Translations under genes and position numbers: made by a program
Source of the DNA: Phoronis australis
Taxonomy: Eukaryota; Animalia; Phoronida
Reading direction: 5' to 3'
NCBI GenBank assembly: GCA_002633005.1
Contig: NMRA01000343.1
Coordinates: 1 to 64,000 of the forward strand
DNA: 64,000 nucleotides
In this document: piece by piece, positions 63,501 through 64,000 of the stretch
How the letters are laid out: each line of letters begins with the position of its first letter
Numbering within the stretch: position 1 is the stretch's first letter
Notes under the pieces: generated by a model
Told to the model about the DNA's origin: nothing
Seen by the model: the letters and a program-made list of their open reading frames with translations, nothing else
Databases searched by the model: none

Positions 63501-63754
63501 TGCGGTATACATTTACATAATATGCAGTCATTCTAGTTGCGTGTTAAAATATGTGGTCAAGTCATTTTAAAAATGAAAAAGTTAGTGTTAATTAATTAAG
63601 ATTTGTCTTCACAATTAAGTACTAATTAAAATTCCAGGTGTTGGATTTGGCTGCAAACATTGGCAAGCAGGTCCCAGAAAATATCGACTACGAGGGAACA
63701 GCTAAGATTCTGTCTGTTGACCCTTCACCTTTGAACGTTGTCTTACTGCAAGAG
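3280..63754 (+). CDS. DNAH2: Axonemal dynein heavy chain 2 (inner arm I1/f beta), 71 coding exons in window, 3' end beyond window
   Basis: Spliced exons give a continuous 4,310-codon ORF with dynein motifs (AAA1 [36 protein letters not shown]3 [11 protein letters not shown]4 GIGGSGRQS, stalk/MTBD, AAA5 [14 protein letters not shown]6 LANCHL). Subfamily-specific N-terminal segments ([74 protein letters not shown]) match my recollection of vertebrate DNAH2. Confidence 0.95.
3906..3982 (+). CDS. DNAH2: DNAH2 exon 2 (ESLTNGD..EQDGV)
   Basis: TACAG/..GTG/GTAAGC; phases 1-0 bridge exons 1 and 3; no homology support. Confidence 0.6.
4375..4480. repeat. 25-bp inverted repeat pair (small MITE-like relic) in intron 2
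   Basis: 4375-4399 TGGTTCTGCATTAACTTCCATTGAG vs 4456-4480 CTCTATGGAAGTGAATGCAGAGCCA: reverse-complementary with 3 mismatches. Confidence 0.7.
5298..5646 (+). CDS. DNAH2: DNAH2 exon 3 (RQLLRDR..NTSWPD)
   Basis: TTTGCAG acceptor; ends at U12 donor GTATCCTTT. Confidence 0.85.
5647..6042 (+). other. U12-type (minor spliceosome) GT-AG intron
   Basis: 5' end GTATCCTTT; branch site TCCTTGAC at 6024-6031, 12 nt from the AG; splicing restores WPD-S-IKNDF. Confidence 0.92.
6043..6207 (+). CDS. DNAH2: DNAH2 exon 4 (SIKNDFS..LVQRLE)
   Basis: AG/GT, phase 1-1, homology. Confidence 0.92.
6607..6726. repeat. 60-bp tandem duplication just upstream of exon 5 acceptor
   Basis: Two copies starting CTAACT(G/A)TTAGATATAAGTC at 6607 and 6667. 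Confidence 0.85.
6745..6983 (+). CDS. DNAH2: DNAH2 exon 5 (TAMIHWT..SGQIK)
   Basis: AG/GT, phase 1-0, DHC_N1 motif GPLEEIEFW. Confidence 0.93.
7313..7504 (+). CDS. DNAH2: DNAH2 exon 6 (EGSRQAE..GLLRK)
   Basis: AG/GT, phase 0-0. Confidence 0.92.
7920..8079. mobile_element. Degenerate MITE-like inverted-repeat element
   Basis: GCTCTG..CAGAGC ends; 7933-7952 TCTTCAAACTCTGACTCGAC pairs imperfectly with 8040-8057 GTCGAGTTGAGTTTGGAG. Confidence 0.45.
8353..8490 (+). CDS. DNAH2: DNAH2 exon 7 (LSNEIIK..EIYSH)
   Basis: AG/GT, phase 0-0. Confidence 0.92.
8761..9045 (+). CDS. DNAH2: DNAH2 exon 8 (MAKLHHK..ILDVK)
   Basis: AG/GT, phase 0-0. Confidence 0.92.
9539..9697 (+). CDS. DNAH2: DNAH2 exon 9 (ATSWHDD..LQSRE)
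   Basis: AG/GT, phase 0-0. Confidence 0.92.
9689..9987. repeat. Degenerate ~45-bp minisatellite containing the exon 9 donor
   Basis: About 7 units; donor-like GT at 9698 (true), 9828, 9873, 9918, 9963 (45-bp spacing). Confidence 0.8.
10257..10439 (+). CDS. DNAH2: DNAH2 exon 10 (AIRRTVD..ERGMM)
   Basis: AG/GT, phase 0-0. Confidence 0.9.
10897..11031 (+). CDS. DNAH2: DNAH2 exon 11 (ILDRAHF..MTVDR)
   Basis: AG/GT, phase 0-0. Confidence 0.92.
13391..13470 (+). CDS. DNAH2: DNAH2 exon 12 (EPAKLLE..DSNFN)
   Basis: AG/GT, phase 0-2; PL..ML..NF dynein motif. Confidence 0.88.
13998..14144 (+). CDS. DNAH2: DNAH2 exon 13 (KTLLKLF..VRDYN)
   Basis: AG/GT, phase 2-2. Confidence 0.92.
14371..14593. repeat. 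55-bp x4 tandem repeat containing the exon 14 acceptor
   Basis: AG/AATC junction repeated at 14419, 14474, 14529, 14584. Confidence 0.92.
14585..14741 (+). CDS. DNAH2: DNAH2 exon 14 (RIIAALS..MHASK)
   Basis: AG/GT, phase 2-0. Confidence 0.92.
15305..15544 (+). CDS. DNAH2: DNAH2 exon 15 (IQVIVDD..HDGNE)
   Basis: AG/GT, phase 0-0. Confidence 0.92.
16088..16387 (+). CDS. DNAH2: DNAH2 exon 16 (VQQQWVR..KSNKM)
   Basis: AG/GT, phase 0-0. Confidence 0.92.
16895..17106 (+). CDS. DNAH2: DNAH2 exon 17 (PIHELIA..DADIS)
   Basis: AG/GT, phase 0-2. Confidence 0.92.
17674..17874 (+). CDS. DNAH2: DNAH2 exon 18 ([12 protein letters not shown])
   Basis: AG/GT, phase 2-2. Confidence 0.92.
18364..18520 (+). 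CDS. DNAH2: DNAH2 exon 19 (NVSRPPQ..AIPED)
   Basis: AG/GT, phase 2-0. Confidence 0.92.
19624..19962 (+). CDS. DNAH2: DNAH2 exon 20 (VMVMLNE..AVLDK)
   Basis: AG/GT, phase 0-0. Confidence 0.92.
20738..20899 (+). CDS. DNAH2: DNAH2 exon 21 (DLEMIET..SRELK)
   Basis: AG/GT, phase 0-0; acceptor lacks a pyrimidine tract. Confidence 0.9.
22165..22428 (+). CDS. DNAH2: DNAH2 exon 22 (DKQWEIV..LAIEQ)
   Basis: AG/GT, phase 0-0; NPAMRGRHW linker motif. Confidence 0.93.
22936..23199 (+). CDS. DNAH2: DNAH2 exon 23 (SLKNISN..WMYLE)
   Basis: AG/GT, phase 0-0; VQRQWMYLE. Confidence 0.93.
23142..23530. repeat. Degenerate intronic copies of the exon 23 3' end in a purine-rich tract
   Basis: ATCCTGGAGGTGGTGGAGATGCTG-like copies at ~23294, 23384, 23486. 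Confidence 0.75.
24004..24142 (+). CDS. DNAH2: DNAH2 exon 24 (NIFLGED..GTHHK)
   Basis: AG/GT, phase 0-1. Confidence 0.92.
24118..24339. repeat. 37-bp x6 tandem repeat containing the exon 24 donor
   Basis: Unit GCTCTGAGGGGAACACATCACAAGG/GTATGTACAAAT at 24118, 24155, 24192, 24229, 24266, 24303. Confidence 0.95.
24918..25135 (+). CDS. DNAH2: DNAH2 exon 25 (GLLEQLN..LKMAK)
   Basis: AG/GT, phase 1-0; [16 protein letters not shown]. Confidence 0.94.
25416..25514 (+). CDS. DNAH2: DNAH2 exon 26 ([12 protein letters not shown])
   Basis: AAG acceptor/GTAAGT, phase 0-0. Confidence 0.9.
25990..26115 (+). CDS. DNAH2: DNAH2 exon 27 (AWLCDIE..EWPGQ)
   Basis: AG/GT, phase 0-0. Confidence 0.92.
26526..26929 (+). 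CDS. DNAH2: DNAH2 exon 28 (MCITASQ..TPLTD)
   Basis: AG/GT, phase 0-2; [20 protein letters not shown]. Confidence 0.94.
27398..27587 (+). CDS. DNAH2: DNAH2 exon 29 (AAA1 Walker A GPAGTGKT)
   Basis: AG/GT, phase 2-0. Confidence 0.95.
28361..28541 (+). CDS. DNAH2: DNAH2 exon 30 (AAA1 Walker [16 protein letters not shown])
   Basis: AG/GT, phase 0-1. Confidence 0.95.
29057..29184 (+). CDS. DNAH2: DNAH2 exon 31 ([14 protein letters not shown])
   Basis: AG/GT, phase 1-0. Confidence 0.94.
29490..29642 (+). CDS. DNAH2: DNAH2 exon 32 (LLAKKVF..MADEE)
   Basis: AG/GT, phase 0-0; [12 protein letters not shown]. Confidence 0.94.
30414..30539 (+). CDS. DNAH2: DNAH2 exon 33 (LLLLSMK..IDYTK)
   Basis: AG/GT, phase 0-0. 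Confidence 0.92.
31216..31434 (+). CDS. DNAH2: DNAH2 exon 34 (AAA2 P-loop GKTQSAKT)
   Basis: AG/GT, phase 0-0. Confidence 0.93.
31860..31977 (+). CDS. DNAH2: DNAH2 exon 35 (EYPLNPK..RVTCA)
   Basis: AG/GT, phase 0-1; EWTDG. Confidence 0.93.
32315..32451 (+). CDS. DNAH2: DNAH2 exon 36 (DEKPDEK..AMPEQ)
   Basis: AG/GT, phase 1-0. Confidence 0.94.
32979..33119 (+). CDS. DNAH2: DNAH2 exon 37 (VSLLFEV..LKKNK)
   Basis: AG/GT, phase 0-0; [11 protein letters not shown]. Confidence 0.93.
33213..34646. repeat. ~715-bp direct duplication either side of N at 33931 (probable haplotype overlap)
   Basis: 33213-33930 vs 33932-34646, scattered SNPs and 1-2 bp indels; junction is exactly the N. Confidence 0.85.
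35566..35579 (+). promoter_or_regulatory. RFX X-box consensus match
   Basis: GTTGCTATAGAGAC fits RYYNYY-WW-RRNRAC; function untested. Confidence 0.35.
35600..35825 (-). mobile_element. tRNA-derived SINE
   Basis: Minus strand: GGAGGCAGTG, A-box TGGCCTAGAGG (35815-35805), B-box GGTTCAAGTCC (35772-35762), then ACCCTTGAGTCAGG body; no acceptor stem/cloverleaf; 3' boundary approximate. Confidence 0.65.
36585..36743 (+). CDS. DNAH2: DNAH2 exon 38 (VLVDELK..TPENG)
   Basis: AG/GT, phase 0-0. Confidence 0.9.
36903..37147 (+). CDS. DNAH2: DNAH2 exon 39 (VDSNDGE..WKYDS)
   Basis: AG/GT, phase 0-2. Confidence 0.92.
37751..37949 (+). CDS. DNAH2: DNAH2 exon 40 (AAA3 Walker A GPVGTGKT)
   Basis: AG/GT, phase 2-0. 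Confidence 0.94.
38564..38751 (+). CDS. DNAH2: DNAH2 exon 41 (TSSNNVQ..LDYGF)
   Basis: AG/GT, phase 0-2. Confidence 0.93.
39293..39434 (+). CDS. DNAH2: DNAH2 exon 42 (WYDRQKQ..MTFPQ)
   Basis: AG/GT, phase 2-0; [10 protein letters not shown]. Confidence 0.94.
40015..40289 (+). CDS. DNAH2: DNAH2 exon 43 (DSQIKRI..IHECF)
   Basis: AG/GT, phase 0-2; HYLFNLRD. Confidence 0.94.
40588..40670. repeat. 41-bp tandem duplication
   Basis: TGTGAACACCTGATATTGCATCAGTA twice, 41 bp apart. Confidence 0.85.
40964..41094 (+). CDS. DNAH2: DNAH2 exon 44 (RVFSDRL..QPPVF)
   Basis: AG/GT, phase 2-1. Confidence 0.93.
41510..41610 (+). mobile_element. Possible highly decayed tRNA-derived SINE head
   Basis: A-box-like TATCTCAGTGG (41517) and B-box-like CTTTGATTCC (41561). 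Confidence 0.3.
41696..41845 (+). CDS. DNAH2: DNAH2 exon 45 (GDYINPD..DAIEH)
   Basis: AG/GT, phase 1-1. Confidence 0.93.
42500..42667 (+). CDS. DNAH2: DNAH2 exon 46 (AAA4 P-loop GIGGSGRQ)
   Basis: AG/GT, phase 1-1. Confidence 0.94.
43445..43605 (+). CDS. DNAH2: DNAH2 exon 47 (DLKRLYW..EEFEE)
   Basis: AG/GT, phase 1-0. Confidence 0.93.
44432..44571 (+). CDS. DNAH2: DNAH2 exon 48 (VKNALAD..VGEPF); second copy at 46661-46800
   Basis: AG/GT, phase 0-2. Confidence 0.9.
44928..45060 (+). CDS. DNAH2: DNAH2 exon 49 (RNRIRQY..ANEEE); second copy at 47157-47289
   Basis: AAG acceptor/GT, phase 2-0. Confidence 0.88.
47767..47912 (+). CDS. DNAH2: DNAH2 exon 50 (EKLKPDL..VSGYQ)
   Basis: AG/GT, phase 0-2; [11 protein letters not shown]. 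Confidence 0.93.
48109..48319 (+). CDS. DNAH2: DNAH2 exon 51 (stalk CC1, RLLYEKR..DEQQK)
   Basis: AG/GT, phase 2-0. Confidence 0.93.
48899..49015 (+). CDS. DNAH2: DNAH2 exon 52 (AVSQKSE..EEAMK)
   Basis: AG/GT, phase 0-0. Confidence 0.92.
49642..49783 (+). CDS. DNAH2: DNAH2 exon 53 (MTBD, ALESLNK..AKRQL)
   Basis: AAG acceptor/GT, phase 0-1. Confidence 0.92.
50308..50594 (+). CDS. DNAH2: DNAH2 exon 54 (GDQNFIK..AKLAE)
   Basis: AG/GT, phase 1-0. Confidence 0.93.
51028..51192 (+). CDS. DNAH2: DNAH2 exon 55 (VEAKMNQ..EATVE)
   Basis: AG/GT, phase 0-0. Confidence 0.92.
51547..51669 (+). CDS. DNAH2: DNAH2 exon 56 (ELEEKMG..KWIGE)
   Basis: AG/GT, phase 0-0. Confidence 0.92.
52088..52303 (+). CDS. 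DNAH2: DNAH2 exon 57 (AAA5, LRNLSVP..MEMAN)
   Basis: AG/GT, phase 0-0. Confidence 0.92.
52726..52876 (+). CDS. DNAH2: DNAH2 exon 58 (GLKVIDL..AIKKM)
   Basis: AG/GT, phase 0-1. Confidence 0.92.
53328..53477 (+). CDS. DNAH2: DNAH2 exon 59 (GGAWMIR..AVKEQ)
   Basis: AG/GT, phase 1-1. Confidence 0.93.
54770..54923. repeat. 71-72-bp tandem repeat containing the exon 60 acceptor
   Basis: ATTCAG/GTCTG junction at 54775, 54846, 54918. Confidence 0.9.
54919..55051 (+). CDS. DNAH2: DNAH2 exon 60 (GLEAQLL..EDKIL)
   Basis: AG/GT, phase 1-2. Confidence 0.93.
55352..55496 (+). CDS. DNAH2: DNAH2 exon 61 (KLLNEAQ..DAARE)
   Basis: AG/GT, phase 2-0. Confidence 0.93.
55843..55997. repeat. ~23-bp x7 minisatellite
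   Basis: GGCTATTTGAAAG(C/G)TAACCCTTG units. Confidence 0.9.
56171..56370 (+). CDS. DNAH2: DNAH2 exon 62 (GYRPCAQ..TYAVY)
   Basis: AG/GT, phase 0-2; IDPMYQFSL. Confidence 0.94.
57343..57469 (+). CDS. DNAH2: DNAH2 exon 63 (RYTCRGL..LRGGI)
   Basis: AG/GT, phase 2-0. Confidence 0.93.
58975..59161 (+). CDS. DNAH2: DNAH2 exon 64 (VLDRDNQ..TTSLP)
   Basis: AG/GT, phase 0-1. Confidence 0.93.
59688..59893 (+). CDS. DNAH2: DNAH2 exon 65 (GEWDNAC..LSPGV)
   Basis: AG/GT, phase 1-0. Confidence 0.93.
60334..60459 (+). CDS. DNAH2: DNAH2 exon 66 (AAA6, DPTSGLL..EGVRE)
   Basis: AG/GT, phase 0-0; SLGQGQ. Confidence 0.93.
61189..61380 (+). CDS. DNAH2: DNAH2 exon 67 (GNWVFLA..TEPPK)
   Basis: AG/GT, phase 0-0. 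Confidence 0.94.
61685..61876 (+). CDS. DNAH2: DNAH2 exon 68 (GLKANMK..DSDFE)
   Basis: AG/GT, phase 0-0. Confidence 0.94.
62382..62566 (+). CDS. DNAH2: DNAH2 exon 69 (VSENLLS..AAPFF)
   Basis: AG/GT, phase 0-2; NYGGHVTDD. Confidence 0.94.
62912..63134 (+). CDS. DNAH2: DNAH2 exon 70 (KLSSLPT..SREDK)
   Basis: AG/GT, phase 2-0; FGQHPNA. Confidence 0.93.
63380..63445 (+). mobile_element. Possible decayed tRNA-derived SINE head
   Basis: A-box-like TGGCTGGGTGG (63388) and B-box-like GGTTCAAGC (63434). Confidence 0.3.
63638..63754 (+). CDS. DNAH2: DNAH2 exon 71 (VLDLAAN..VLLQE), last exon in window
   Basis: AG/GT, phase 0-0. Confidence 0.92.
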
Positions 63755-64000
63755 GTAAGAGCATGGAATACTTTTTAGAAAAAATGTAATTTATTGTCAC
63801 AAAATTCATTTTCAGTTCAAATGAGGCAGCCTCTTGAATTAACAGAAGTTTTGAGCATATTTTCCGCCTTGCAACTCACCTATATTGGTTTTGGCTGTGC
63901 GGTTTCCTGGTGCTCTGGTGTTTTTTTGTATGTTTTAAACTTACAAGACTTTGAATTTATTTTGCTTCTCATTTATTAGTTTTTCAGGATGTTGATGCTT

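Overview
AT-rich, intron-dense animal (probably marine invertebrate; taxon not resolvable from sequence alone) genomic DNA almost entirely occupied by one plus-strand gene: axonemal inner-arm dynein heavy chain DNAH2 (I1/f-beta type). I could splice 71 coding exons by hand (ATG 3280 to 63754, 12,930 nt = 4,310 codons, all splice phases consistent): tail, linker, AAA1-4, stalk/MTBD, AAA5, AAA6 and start of the C-terminal domain; the gene runs off the right edge. Intron 3 is a U12 (minor spliceosome) GT-AG intron. Upstream lie two tandem long-TIR foldback/MITE copies (157-1498) and a decayed Penelope-like retroelement (~2140-2960). Two near-identical duplications abutting single Ns (33.2-34.6 kb; 43.5-47.5 kb) look like uncollapsed haplotypes. 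The most interesting unexplained structure: (a) six frame-preserving, stop-free cassette/micro-exon candidates (15-54 nt) hidden in five of the six longest introns, some flanked by YGCY/TGCATG motifs, and (b) repeated tandem arrays that duplicate the splice junctions themselves, creating runs of non-productive decoy donors/acceptors.
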